Positions 47,829-57,545 of a stretch of 64,000 nucleotides of DNA are shown here, piece after piece. The stretch comes from Candidatus Marinacidobacterales bacterium (GTDB lineage Bacteria; Acidobacteriota; Vicinamibacteria; Marinacidobacterales; DATDRI01). The position numbers and the translations under genes are program-made. The notes beneath the pieces are model-generated. The model did no database searches. It had not been told where the DNA came from and saw only the letters and a program-made list of their open reading frames with translations. How positions within the stretch are numbered: position 1 is the first letter of the stretch; every line of letters begins with the position of its first letter. The DNA lies in the NCBI GenBank assembly GCA_965226495.1, contig OZ245365.1, positions 2,976,001-3,040,000 of the forward strand. The letters run 5' to 3'.

Positions 47829-49073
47829 TCAGACTTCAACCTTCCTCTCCAAGAGCGTGTATAGCACAACGATGGCGACGAGCGGCATGGTTCCCACCAA
47901 GATGAAAACGGGTGAATAGCCAACGTGGTCTACCAGCCATCCAGTGCCGAGTGTGAGGGCCAGGCCCCCCAGACCGGCCCCCATTCCGCTGAGGCCGGTC
48001 ACCGAGCCGACCGCCTCGCGGGGAAAGGCTTCGCCACAGAGCGACATCATGTTGGGTGCCCATAGCCCGAAGCCGAAGGTCGCCACACTGATCCCCGTGA
48101 AGGTGACCAGGATCGGAAACGGGAAAGCAGCGACGGCGCCCGCGGTCATCATGATCATTCCAGCCGCCATAACGATCAATCGTGCGTTGACGACGCGAAA
48201 ATCCCTTCGGATCAACCGATCGGAAAACCATCCACCGAGCAAAATCCCTACTCCTTGGGTGGCAAACGGAATCCACGCGTAGCGACCTATCTCGGCGAGA
48301 CTGAACCCGGCGCCGCGTTTCAAGTATTCCGGCAACCAATAGTGGTAGAACCATGAATTGGGATCGGCAAACATGCGCGCAAGTATGACGGCCCAAACAC
48401 TCCGCGAGCGCAGCAGCGAGAGATACGGTATACGAGAGCTGGACGGGACCACGGGCTCGTTCTCTTTGATCAGCTCGAGCTCGGAATCGGTAATACGCGG
48501 ATGCTGTTCGGGTAGTCGGTAAGATGTCCACCAGACGAATACCCAAACGATGCCCACCAATCCCGTCAAAACAAAGGCCGCCCGCCAACCGAGCCAGAGT
48601 GTGATCCAGGCCACCAGCGGCACCGAGACAACCAACCCTACACTGGTTCCCACGCCCCAGATACCGTTGGCCAGGCCGCGCTCCTGCTTGGGAAACCACT
48701 CCGAGACCCCGCGCACACATGCCGCCCAACTTCCCGCCTCTCCGACCCCCAGGAGAAAACGGAGGATCGAAAAGGACATCACGCCTCTCCCGAAACCATG
48801 GAGCATGGCCGCCGCCGACCACCAGAGCATGATGATCGCGAAGCCCTTGCGAGTCCCGATGCGGTCGATCACCCAGCCGGTTACCGGCTGCATGACGGTG
48901 TAGGCGATGAGGAAGCTAGAAAGGATGCGGGCGTAGCCGAAGTTGGAGATGCCTAAATCGTCCCGGAGCGTCGGCGCGACGACCGCGAGCGTTTGCCGAT
49001 CGACATAACTGATAGCGGTGGCGAGGAACAGAAGCGCCACAACCCACCAGCGGAGATTGGGAATCTTTCGCAC
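47829..49073 (-). CDS. MFS transporter (ExuT/hexuronate-like)
   Basis: ISYVDRQ, GWVIDRIG, EWFPKQERG, WLPEYL. Confidence 0.9.
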   Translation of the reverse strand: MRKIPNLRWWVVALLFLATAISYVDRQTLAVVAPTLRDDLGISNFGYARILSSFLIAYTVMQPVTGWVIDRIGTRKGFAIIMLWWSAAAMLHGFGRGVMSFSILRFLLGVGEAGSWAACVRGVSEWFPKQERGLANGIWGVGTSVGLVVSVPLVAWITLWLGWRAAFVLTGLVGIVWVFVWWTSYRLPEQHPRITDSELELIKENEPVVPSSSRIPYLSLLRSRSVWAVILARMFADPNSWFYHYWLPEYLKRGAGFSLAEIGRYAWIPFATQGVGILLGGWFSDRLIRRDFRVVNARLIVMAAGMIMMTAGAVAAFPFPILVTFTGISVATFGFGLWAPNMMSLCGEAFPREAVGSVTGLSGMGAGLGGLALTLGTGWLVDHVGYSPVFILVGTMPLVAIVVLYTLLERKVEV

Positions 49074-49116
49074 CGGCCTCCTTGCGACCGAGCCTAGGTT
49101 CTCGACCCTGCGGTAC

Positions 49117-50016
49117 TTAACGGGCGCGTATCATTTCTAGAATCGCTGCAAACAGCTCGCTATCCGCATCACCCAGTGATCGAGCGGTCTCCGCATGGTC
49201 CATGCCTTCGAGCACGAGGAGCTTCGCGTCGACTCCGCTGCGCTTCAGTTTTTCGGTGAACTCCCGAGATGACTCTCCGTACGGCTCGTCCGTGCCGACG
49301 GCGATCACGAAACGTGGCGAAGGGTGGTTGATATTGAAGAACGGCGCCGCCATCTCGCGATCCGCCTCGTCGATGAATCCGGGCAGCCCGCTGATGTCTT
49401 TCAGGTGATAGGGGCCGCTAATCGGCGCCGCACCCTTGATGAGCCCCAAGGGAACGCCGTGCTTTTCCCCCCACACGCCATTTGCACCCGCGAAACCCGA
49501 CAGAGTGGCTCCTACGGAATGTCCGCCGACATAGACAAGCTCGGGGTCGCCACCGAAAGACGCGATGTTCTCGTGAATCCAAGCTACCGCCGCGGCTACG
49601 TCCTCGGACTGGGCGGGGAAACCGAAACCGTCCACGGTCAGTCGGTAGCTCGCCACCGCAGTGATGATCCCGTGCTCGGCAAAAGGAAGAGCCACTCCCC
49701 CGTAATGCGCACGGTCGCCCTCACGGAACCCGCCACCGTGTAGAAACAAGAAGGTTGCGGCCCCGTCCGGTTTTTCCTTGGGTAGATAAAGATCCAGCTT
49801 TTGCTTGGGATCTTTGCCGAACGCCAGGTCCAAGTGGTGAGGCAGCTCCTTACGCGCCTTCGCGGTGTCAGCATCGTTCGCATCGTAGAACGCAACCCAA
49901 TCGATGCTGAACTCGCCCGCTTTCTGTTGCGTGTAGTACTTCGATCGATCCTGCGCCGACGTCGAAGCGGTCGCGAGTAGGTAAACCAACACGACCCAGA
50001 TTGCCGCCTTGCTCAT
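49117..50016 (-). CDS. Alpha/beta hydrolase (HSL/arylformamidase-like), secreted
   Basis: HGGG, GHSVG, MDH. Start at ATG 50016. Confidence 0.88.
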   Translation of the reverse strand: MSKAAIWVVLVYLLATASTSAQDRSKYYTQQKAGEFSIDWVAFYDANDADTAKARKELPHHLDLAFGKDPKQKLDLYLPKEKPDGAATFLFLHGGGFREGDRAHYGGVALPFAEHGIITAVASYRLTVDGFGFPAQSEDVAAAVAWIHENIASFGGDPELVYVGGHSVGATLSGFAGANGVWGEKHGVPLGLIKGAAPISGPYHLKDISGLPGFIDEADREMAAPFFNINHPSPRFVIAVGTDEPYGESSREFTEKLKRSGVDAKLLVLEGMDHAETARSLGDADSELFAAILEMIRAR

Positions 50017-50033
50017 GAACGAACTCCTTCCTG

Positions 50034-50930
50034 CTAGGACTTCGGCGGTACGTCGATCACCATGGCGTCCTCCGCCAGGATGACTTCGCCTGAGAAGATC
50101 TTCTTCGCATCTTGAACGATCTTGTCCCAAATTTCGGGCGAGCGACGCTTACCGTAGTACATCGAAGCCATCTCGATCGCCGCATCGCTCGAGGTGTAGG
50201 GACCGAGGTGAGTCAGGATCAGCGTCTTGACCCCTGCCTCCTGGGCAACTCTCGCGGCGCCCGAGGGGCCGGAGTGGCTCCACATCTTGCGTTCCTCGAT
50301 GATCTCATCCAGAAACGCCGTATCGTGAATGAGGTAGTCCGCCCCGCGCGCGAGATCGATCATTCCTTGGCAGGGGCTGGTGTCGCCGCTGATCGCGACG
50401 ACTCCATAGGGACTCTCGACCCGATAGCCCACAGAAGGCAAGCCAACCCTCTGATGGTGCTCGACATCTCCCGCAATGACTTTGAAGTTGCTCCCTTCGT
50501 ACACGAACCCGGGCTCGATGTCTTCGACCTCTACGGCCGGCGTGTCGATCGGCTTGTGCTTGATGTGAGGAGGCAAGGCCTTGATGTATCCCCTCACGAA
50601 ACCGACATCCGCCTTATGGGCCTCGAAGATCGTAGAGTGTGACATGTGACGCGTCCCAGTTGGACCGTAGACTTTCAATACTTTGCTGCGACCACAGTTC
50701 CAGGTGGTCATGATCAAGTAGCCGTAGTCACACATGTGATCCCAGTGCAGGTGGGTGAAAAACAAGTGGTCGACGTCCATCGGGTTTATCCCAGTTTTCA
50801 CCAGGTTGACAGTCGTTCGCTCTCCGCAGTCAAACACGAGGATGGTATCGTCGATGATCACCGCCTGACTCGGATTTCCTCGGTCTGGGTCGGGAACGGC
50901 CGATCCCGAACCGAGAATCGCGACCTTCAT
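50034..50930 (-). CDS. MBL-fold metallohydrolase (RNase Z/AtsA-like)
   Basis: FDCG, THLHWDH, SGDT; close paralog of 27338-28399. Confidence 0.9.
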   Translation of the reverse strand: MKVAILGSGSAVPDPDRGNPSQAVIIDDTILVFDCGERTTVNLVKTGINPMDVDHLFFTHLHWDHMCDYGYLIMTTWNCGRSKVLKVYGPTGTRHMSHSTIFEAHKADVGFVRGYIKALPPHIKHKPIDTPAVEVEDIEPGFVYEGSNFKVIAGDVEHHQRVGLPSVGYRVESPYGVVAISGDTSPCQGMIDLARGADYLIHDTAFLDEIIEERKMWSHSGPSGAARVAQEAGVKTLILTHLGPYTSSDAAIEMASMYYGKRRSPEIWDKIVQDAKKIFSGEVILAEDAMVIDVPPKS

Positions 50931-50931
50931 C

Positions 50932-50971
50932 CCTTTTAGGCCTTTAGGCCTTTCAGGCCTTTCAGGTCTTT
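50932..50971 (-). repeat. 9-bp tandem repeat (CTGAAAGGC-like) with one 8-bp unit
   Basis: Minus strand aaagac-ctgaaaggc-ctgaaaggc-ctaaaggc-ctaaaaggg. Confidence 0.8.
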
Positions 50972-50990
50972 CGCCATGCTGCCTCCGTCC

Positions 50991-51638
50991 TTATCGCCCG
51001 TCCACTCGCGCTAGATAGTCTAAGGCTTCCTTGAGAGTGACAACGTCACCATACCGTTGATCGATATCGATGAGATTCGCCTCATTCGCCAGCGGCGATC
51101 GATCACCCACCGCCTCTCGAACAACCAGGGGACGAAAACCGTGTTGGGCCGCATCGACGGCCGAGGCCCTCACGCAACCGCTGGTCACGCACCCGCAAAT
51201 CAGCAGCGTGTCGATCCCGCGTTCCGAAAGCCGCGGGGCGAGGTCGGTACCGAAAAAAGCCGATCCCTGCTGCTTCGAGACGACGAGATCCGTATCCCGG
51301 CGCGGCAATCGAGGGTCGACGCGAGTCCAACGAGAGCCCTTCTCGAGGACGGCGACCCGCGGCGACTTCACGCCTAGCAAGAGCCTCTTCCCTTCATCGC
51401 CAACGTATTCGACGGTCGTGAAAACGGTGGAGATCCCACATCGCTCCGCCGCTTTCAAGATCTGGATCGTCGCGTCGATCTCCCCATCCCAATCGCCTCC
51501 GAGGGGAGACTCCTTGCTGGTGAAACCCTCGATGAAATCAACAACCAGCACGGCGGGGGCTTTACCAGCACCCATGCGAGGCGCGCAGGTGTACGGGTAA
51601 TGAGTCCGAATCCCCGCTAGCAGGTCTTCTGTTGTCAT
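50991..51638 (-). CDS. Isochorismatase family cysteine hydrolase (N-carbamoylsarcosine/maleamate amidase-like)
   Basis: VVDF, K..GSAFFGT, GCVTSGCVRASAVDA. ATG 51638 overlaps the DinB stop. Confidence 0.9.
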   Translation of the reverse strand: MTTEDLLAGIRTHYPYTCAPRMGAGKAPAVLVVDFIEGFTSKESPLGGDWDGEIDATIQILKAAERCGISTVFTTVEYVGDEGKRLLLGVKSPRVAVLEKGSRWTRVDPRLPRRDTDLVVSKQQGSAFFGTDLAPRLSERGIDTLLICGCVTSGCVRASAVDAAQHGFRPLVVREAVGDRSPLANEANLIDIDQRYGDVVTLKEALDYLARVDGR

Positions 51639-52138
51639 CAATCGCTGCGTTCGGGAGGGTCGATCCCCTGTATGCGCAGAAGGATGTAAACCTGGCCGCG
51701 ATGATGTGCTTCCTCTTGGACGATGCTCCACAGTAAGCGTTCGATGGAAAGTTCATGCCGGAACGCGGGGATCTCTTTTTCCATGTCTGCCGGCATGAGA
51801 TCGGCGTAGGCTTTGATGGTGGCTTCGTGAACCTTGTGCAAGAGCTTGATGCAGTCGTCGAAAGTGGGAGCATCCTCGGGCGGAAAGACACTTCCAGTCA
51901 GTATGTCCTTGGGCTCGTTGTCCAAAATGAGTTTATCGATGATGTAGTGCTCGACGTAGGCGAAGTGGCGAAGTGTGTCATTGATGCTCCGTCGCCCGTT
52001 CTCCGGGATCCAATTGAATACCGCCTCGACTTCCTCGGGAGTCTTTTCCGCTTTCAATTTCTCCACGACTTGTTCCAGACCATCGAACAGCTGCTGTCGC
52101 TCGCGCTCCCAGTACGGGTAGAGATCGTCTATCTTCAT
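51638..52138 (-). CDS. DinB family protein
   Basis: SINDTLRHFAYVE...EEAHHRGQ. Confidence 0.88.
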   Translation of the reverse strand: MKIDDLYPYWERERQQLFDGLEQVVEKLKAEKTPEEVEAVFNWIPENGRRSINDTLRHFAYVEHYIIDKLILDNEPKDILTGSVFPPEDAPTFDDCIKLLHKVHEATIKAYADLMPADMEKEIPAFRHELSIERLLWSIVQEEAHHRGQVYILLRIQGIDPPERSD

Positions 52139-52156
52139 GAGTGCTCCTTTTCTGTC

Positions 52157-52257
52157 CTTAGTGCGCGCTCACTCCTCGTTCGCGCGCTTGGCTCCTCGCT
52201 GCTCGCTCGGCGCACCTTTCGTCGGCCGACTCCGGCCGGGCTCGCTCCGCTCGCGCA
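52157..52257 (-). repeat. GAGC-rich structured repeat (copy 3)
   Basis: Reverse complement has a 24-nt block identical to copy 2 and a 26-nt block with one mismatch. Confidence 0.8.
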
Positions 52258-52265
52258 CGGTGCAT

Positions 52266-52895
52266 TCAATTCTTGCGCACCTTGCGAGTGCCATAGTGGT
52301 TGTGGAAGGTCTTTTCGTGAATAGGGATGCGAAGGCTTTCCGTGAACCGAACCTCGTTGGCGGCGATGCCCAACGCAACAAACGATACGATGCGGAGCCC
52401 TCCCGGGATGTGAAGTATTTCCCGCACCCGGGGAACACGGGCCAGCCTGGCGATCCAGGTACTTCCTAAACCGATGCTGGTGGCAGTGAGCAAGAGGTTC
52501 TGGATGGCGGCGCCCATGGACATCAGGAAGAGGTCCTCCTGGCCTTGGGTCGGAATCTCGGAGGCGTCGACGTAGGATTCCTTGCTCCCGACGTTACCGC
52601 AGACGGCGATGAGGAGCGGCACGGTGATGAGATCGGCCTGTTTCCCGGACACGGTCTGATAGTGAGCATCGTGGAGCAACGACTCCTCCAGGTAAGCATC
52701 CCGGAGCTCGCGCTGGATTTTGTCATCGTCGATGAGAACCAGCTCCCACGGTTGCGTGTTAGCCGCCGACGGGGCCCACCGTACCGCTTCGAGAAGCGCA
52801 TTAGTGGCTTCCGAGGACACCTTACCCCGACGGTACTCCCTGCTTGTCCGCCTCTTCTTGATGATATCCAGAAGGGACGCCGGTCCGTCGTCCAT
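52266..52895 (-). CDS. Nitroreductase family protein
   Basis: RRTSREY, APSAANTQPW, AAIQNLLLTATSIGLGSTW. Start at ATG 52895. Confidence 0.9.
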   Translation of the reverse strand: MDDGPASLLDIIKKRRTSREYRRGKVSSEATNALLEAVRWAPSAANTQPWELVLIDDDKIQRELRDAYLEESLLHDAHYQTVSGKQADLITVPLLIAVCGNVGSKESYVDASEIPTQGQEDLFLMSMGAAIQNLLLTATSIGLGSTWIARLARVPRVREILHIPGGLRIVSFVALGIAANEVRFTESLRIPIHEKTFHNHYGTRKVRKN

Positions 52896-52897
52896 AG

Positions 52898-54337
52898 TCA
52901 GTTCGTCGCTCGGGCGCTGGTCGCCTGCCCCGACGAGCCGCGATCGACGAGCTTGCCGTCGGATACGAAGACGACGCCGCCCTTGATGACGTGTGATACA
53001 CGATGCTGCAGAATGGCCACATCGAACAGCGGGTCTCCGTCGACTACGATGACGTCGGCTAACTTTCCCACCGAAATCGTACCCAGCTCGTCGTCGACCC
53101 CTTGCATCTGAGCGGGCCGAAACGTTGCGGCCTGGATCGCCTCCATGTTGGTCAGGCCCGCGTCGGCCAGGTTCTCGATCTCGCGCGCGAGAGGACTGTG
53201 GAAGTTGAGCGGCGCTCCCGTGTCGCACCCCGCCACGACTTGCTCACGTCCACCCGCCTCGATGTAACGCTTCAGCTTTCGCTTGGCGACCTTGATGCGC
53301 TCCGGGGCCCCGATCCCCCACGGGATTGCGGAGGGGTTGCGCCATGTCTCGACCAGCGCCGCGTAAATATCGGGGGCGAATTGCTTCTTCAAACGCGGGT
53401 GCTCAGCGACTTCCGGAAAGCTGATGGCACGGGCGTAGGCGTTTCGCATCTCGATGGTGGGCACGATGTACGGGCCGCGCAAAATGTTGGCGGACGGCCC
53501 CAGGGCGACCGGCTTGGCGCCTCGCACCAAAAGGCGCAAGTCCTCGTCGCTATAGTCGGAAAGGGCGTCGGCGGTAAACACATGATGCATCCGATCCACA
53601 CCGGCATAAACCGCGGTGCGATAGGCCTCGATGTGCCGCACATCCGCGTCGACGCCGATGCCGGCTTGGTGCGCGGCATCGGTCACCGCCTCGAGCACCG
53701 GTCGATCCCAGAACCCGTAGACCTTGATCTGATCCACCCCCATCGCGATGATGCGCTCCGCGGTGGCGCGGGCTTCCTCGGGATTGCTCACCGAATACTC
53801 ACCCGGGGTTCTCCCCACGCTTCTGGTGCTTTGATTCATGATGGGGCCGGCGAAATACATTCGCGGACCGACCTTCTCGCCTGCCTCGATTTGAGCTCGC
53901 AGCTCCTGTTGTTGCTTCAACGGCCCGCCGGTATCGCGGAAGCTCGTGATCCCTGCCAGCAAATTCGTTTGAGCGGTCGAGGTCATGACCTCGATCTCGC
54001 GTCCGGAGAAGTCTCTCGGGAGCATCGCCGGATCGCCCTCCCCGACATGCCACAAATGACCATGCGATTCCCACAGACCAGGCATGACGGTCATGCCGTT
54101 GGCATCTACGACCTGGGCTCCGCTCGGAACCTCCAGAGCGCCAACTCGTCCCACCGCGACGATCCGGTCACCTTGTACGAGAACGACGGAGTTCCGCAGT
54201 GGCTCGCCGCCAAAACCATCGATGAGACTACCTCCTACGATCGCCAGGGTAGCTGATCCCTGACTCTCTGCGGTAGGCGTTCCCACTAGCAAGAGAAGAA
54301 CTAAGGCTAAACCGGCTAGATCAAACTTTCTCTTCAT
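52898..54337 (-). CDS. Amidohydrolase family protein, secreted
   Basis: PGLWESHGH, IKV, HH, GCDT, GKLAD. Confidence 0.88.
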   Translation of the reverse strand: MKRKFDLAGLALVLLLLVGTPTAESQGSATLAIVGGSLIDGFGGEPLRNSVVLVQGDRIVAVGRVGALEVPSGAQVVDANGMTVMPGLWESHGHLWHVGEGDPAMLPRDFSGREIEVMTSTAQTNLLAGITSFRDTGGPLKQQQELRAQIEAGEKVGPRMYFAGPIMNQSTRSVGRTPGEYSVSNPEEARATAERIIAMGVDQIKVYGFWDRPVLEAVTDAAHQAGIGVDADVRHIEAYRTAVYAGVDRMHHVFTADALSDYSDEDLRLLVRGAKPVALGPSANILRGPYIVPTIEMRNAYARAISFPEVAEHPRLKKQFAPDIYAALVETWRNPSAIPWGIGAPERIKVAKRKLKRYIEAGGREQVVAGCDTGAPLNFHSPLAREIENLADAGLTNMEAIQAATFRPAQMQGVDDELGTISVGKLADVIVVDGDPLFDVAILQHRVSHVIKGGVVFVSDGKLVDRGSSGQATSARATN

Positions 54338-54361
54338 GTCATTCTCCTAATATCCAAATCG

Positions 54362-55744
54362 TCAGTTCCATGACAAACCGTCGTAACGTACGCCATCCCT
54401 CATCACGAAATGGATGCGATTCCATGCCCAGCGCTCGGTCAACGGGTCGGCCCGGAGTGAGATCATATCCGCCCGTTTTCCAACCTCCAGCGTTCCCAAG
54501 CGATCCCCGTAACCCACATTCTGAGCGGCAACCGCCGTCGCCGCGCGGATCGCGTCCATGGGCGGAAAACCTCCTTCGATCAGGAACTCGATCGAATTGC
54601 CAATCCCACCGTAGTACAGCGTGTCCAAGCCCAGGCTGAGCGGGACGCCGGCACGATGGGCAGCGAGCGCCTGACTCTGCTGCGTCCGGATGGAAGGAAA
54701 GAAGTCCCGGCCGGCGCGATTGGCCTCATTGTCCTGATAGTCACGGTCCACCGTCTCGACGTCTGGGTTTTCTTTTCGATAGTCGAAGTAGTGCTGGCGG
54801 CCGTAGTCGATCCAATCACCGGGTGCCTTGGCGCCAGTGTCCATGAACTTCCAGGTGCTCTTGTCGGGACGGAGTCCCACGTAAACCAGTGGCGTAAAGC
54901 TGACCGTGGTTCCGTGCTCCACCATCATTTGAATGATCTCGTCCGTCATAGGGCGGGCGTGCTCGATGTTGTCGGCCCCGGCGAGAATGGCAGTCTTCAT
55001 CGATGAGCCCCAACGACCGGTGGCGTGGACAGTCACTTTGATTCCCAGGCGATGCGCCTCATCGACCAACGCTTTAAGCTCCTCGAGGGTAAACATCGTG
55101 GCTTCCGGCGAGCGATCGATCAATGTGACCTTTACCCATTCCGCCCCGTGGTGAAAGTTCTCCCTTACTTGTCGCCTGGCTTCCCAAGGACTATCAACCC
55201 AATATTTGGGATCGACGAAGTGGCCGCCCGTCGGAGTGATGATCGGCCCTCCCAGGATCAAACGCGGACCGGGCACCATACCTTCACGGATCGCATCACG
55301 CAAATGGAGGTCGTTCCAATGGGCTTCCCCGGTCATGCGCGAGGTCGTGATACCACAAAGTAGCTGCACGCGAGCGTTGCGGACCATACGAAGCATCTGG
55401 ATCGCGTCGGGCTGCATGAGCTGACCGACGAGTCCTTCCACACCCACTCCGACATCGATGCCATATCGCAAACTGAGATGGGTGTGGGTGTCGATCAACC
55501 CAGGGAGCAGCGTTTCCCCTTTCAAATCAATAACTTCCGCGCCTGACGGAATCGCGACACGGGAAGCAGGACCGACCGCTTCGATCGTGTCGCCCCGCAC
55601 GACGACCACGCCGTCCTCAATGGGCGCTCCACCGGTTCCATCGATAATCTGACCCGCCTTGACGACGATGATTTCTTCCTGAGCGGCGACGCAAATGGAG
55701 AGCGAGAGAAGGAAAACAATGAATGTGAAGTTCCTGATTTTCAT
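54362..55744 (-). CDS. Amidohydrolase family protein, secreted
   Basis: PGLIDTHTH, VKV, VHA, EHA, GLDT. Confidence 0.9.
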   Translation of the reverse strand: MKIRNFTFIVFLLSLSICVAAQEEIIVVKAGQIIDGTGGAPIEDGVVVVRGDTIEAVGPASRVAIPSGAEVIDLKGETLLPGLIDTHTHLSLRYGIDVGVGVEGLVGQLMQPDAIQMLRMVRNARVQLLCGITTSRMTGEAHWNDLHLRDAIREGMVPGPRLILGGPIITPTGGHFVDPKYWVDSPWEARRQVRENFHHGAEWVKVTLIDRSPEATMFTLEELKALVDEAHRLGIKVTVHATGRWGSSMKTAILAGADNIEHARPMTDEIIQMMVEHGTTVSFTPLVYVGLRPDKSTWKFMDTGAKAPGDWIDYGRQHYFDYRKENPDVETVDRDYQDNEANRAGRDFFPSIRTQQSQALAAHRAGVPLSLGLDTLYYGGIGNSIEFLIEGGFPPMDAIRAATAVAAQNVGYGDRLGTLEVGKRADMISLRADPLTERWAWNRIHFVMRDGVRYDGLSWN

Positions 55745-55755
55745 TCTATTTTTCC

Positions 55756-56820
55756 TTATCGGGAGTCGTCGGAGACGAGGATTTCTGAGAAAAAGGGCAA
55801 TACCTTCTTTTCGAGTCGCTCGCCAATGCGGCTGGTGTGATCGCCCTGATACTGCTCAAAGGAGTGCTCGATGTCTCGCGCAGCGAGTGCTTGGGACAAC
55901 GTGCGGCTACCCAGAGGGATGTGCGTGATCGGATCGGTATCGCCGACGTCGAAGCCGATGCCCCGTAAACGGGCGAATCCTCCTGCGAAAGCATCCATGG
56001 ACTCCGCCGGGAAGCGCGTTATCCACTCCTCGTGACCATCTGCATCCGGGACGACCGATCCGCCCGCCAGCTTGAACGGAAAGTCTACGAGGAACGGTTC
56101 GTTCTCCAGATTCGGCGACATCGCCGCGGCTACGGAGACGAAGGCGTTTGGATACATTCCAGCCCTCACGAGCTCCTTTCGTTTCGTGAGCCGCAGCGTC
56201 GGGACCCACTCGGGGTTCCCGGCCGTCACGTCTCCCTCCATAGAGAGACAGCAGGCGCTCAACCCGTAGACCGCCGAGTAGACATCGGGATGGCGAGCGG
56301 CCAAGTAAATCGCCCCGTAGCCTCCCATCGAATGGCCCGCGATGCCACGGCTCTCGCTCTTGGGTAATGTGCGATAGGTCTCGTCGATAAACTCCAGCAG
56401 GTCCTTGGTGATGAAATCGCCCCAGTTGCCCGTAACGGACGAGTTGATGTAGTAGCTTCCCCCGTACGCGTTGCGCCCATCCGGCATCACCAGGATCATC
56501 TCCTGGATCTTTTCTTCCCCAATCAGTCGGTCCACTACGGCCTGAACGCTAAACCCCTGGAAGAATCCATCTCGCCAGATAGTGTTCGTGTCGTCGTAGC
56601 CATGGAGGAGATAGACCGTCGGATACCGCTTGTCGCTCTCGTGATAAGCGGGCGGGAGATACACGATGACACTCCGGTAGGCGGGGTCACCCAAGAGGTT
56701 ATTCTTCAGCGCCTCACTGTAGACACTCTGGTAGACGAGCTCGCCCTCGCCGGCCGCGACGAAGGTGCCCCCTGCCGACGCCGAGAAACAAAGCGCGATC
56801 CAGAAGGTCCGAAGTTTCAT
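55756..56820 (-). CDS. Putative esterase (alpha/beta hydrolase), secreted
   Basis: VYLPPAY, YLLHG, GHSMGG, GDH. Start at ATG 56820. Confidence 0.88.
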   Translation of the reverse strand: MKLRTFWIALCFSASAGGTFVAAGEGELVYQSVYSEALKNNLLGDPAYRSVIVYLPPAYHESDKRYPTVYLLHGYDDTNTIWRDGFFQGFSVQAVVDRLIGEEKIQEMILVMPDGRNAYGGSYYINSSVTGNWGDFITKDLLEFIDETYRTLPKSESRGIAGHSMGGYGAIYLAARHPDVYSAVYGLSACCLSMEGDVTAGNPEWVPTLRLTKRKELVRAGMYPNAFVSVAAAMSPNLENEPFLVDFPFKLAGGSVVPDADGHEEWITRFPAESMDAFAGGFARLRGIGFDVGDTDPITHIPLGSRTLSQALAARDIEHSFEQYQGDHTSRIGERLEKKVLPFFSEILVSDDSR

Positions 56821-57530
56821 AGACGTCTTGCCATCTCTTTCCTGGGCGTCGGAAAGGCCCGTTTGCTCTGCGCCAAATCCATCTTTACCAGCATCTCGCA
56901 CATTCGTATTCCAGCGACGCCCGCATCGATTACCGGGATGCCCAGGGCCTCCTGCGCGTCGCTCGCGAGCCCGATCATTCCTGTGCAACCCAAGATCAGC
57001 GAGTCTGCGCCGTCTTCTTCGATCGCCCTTCGCCCCTCGGCGATGGTCTTGTCCAGGACCGCATCGTCTTTCTCCAGATCCACGACGGGGACTTCGATCG
57101 ATCGGATCGAGGCCATGCGATCGTCGAGCCCGGTCAGCCGGATCTTGTCCACCATGAAGCCGTTGCCCCGACTGAGTGGAGACAACCAAGTGAATCTCCG
57201 ACCAACGAGGCAGGCGAGCGCCACCGACGTTTCCATGATCCCAACCACCGGGATGTCCAAATGCTCCTTGGCCGCCGCGACGCCCGGATCGGCTGCGCAG
57301 AAGACAATCAAACCGTCGTAGCGCATCTGATCGGTGCTCTCGATTTCCTGGATCAAGTAGGTCATTTGGATGTCTTCCCAGAAATGCTGTTCTGGAGATT
57401 CGATCCCCTGCTTAAGAAAGACCCAGTCGAGCTCGGTCTCGGGATCGTAGGCATTCGCGTATCCGGCCTTCATGCGCGGAAGCCAGTCGACGCTGGTGAC
57501 GATTACTGGATTGATGACTTTTATTTTCAT
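56817..57530 (-). CDS. Asp/Glu/hydantoin racemase family protein
   Basis: KVINP, FCAADPG, IPVVG, LGCTG, PVID. Confidence 0.9.
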   Translation of the reverse strand: MKIKVINPVIVTSVDWLPRMKAGYANAYDPETELDWVFLKQGIESPEQHFWEDIQMTYLIQEIESTDQMRYDGLIVFCAADPGVAAAKEHLDIPVVGIMETSVALACLVGRRFTWLSPLSRGNGFMVDKIRLTGLDDRMASIRSIEVPVVDLEKDDAVLDKTIAEGRRAIEEDGADSLILGCTGMIGLASDAQEALGIPVIDAGVAGIRMCEMLVKMDLAQSKRAFPTPRKEMARRL

Positions 57531-57545
57531 ACTGCCCTCCCACGC

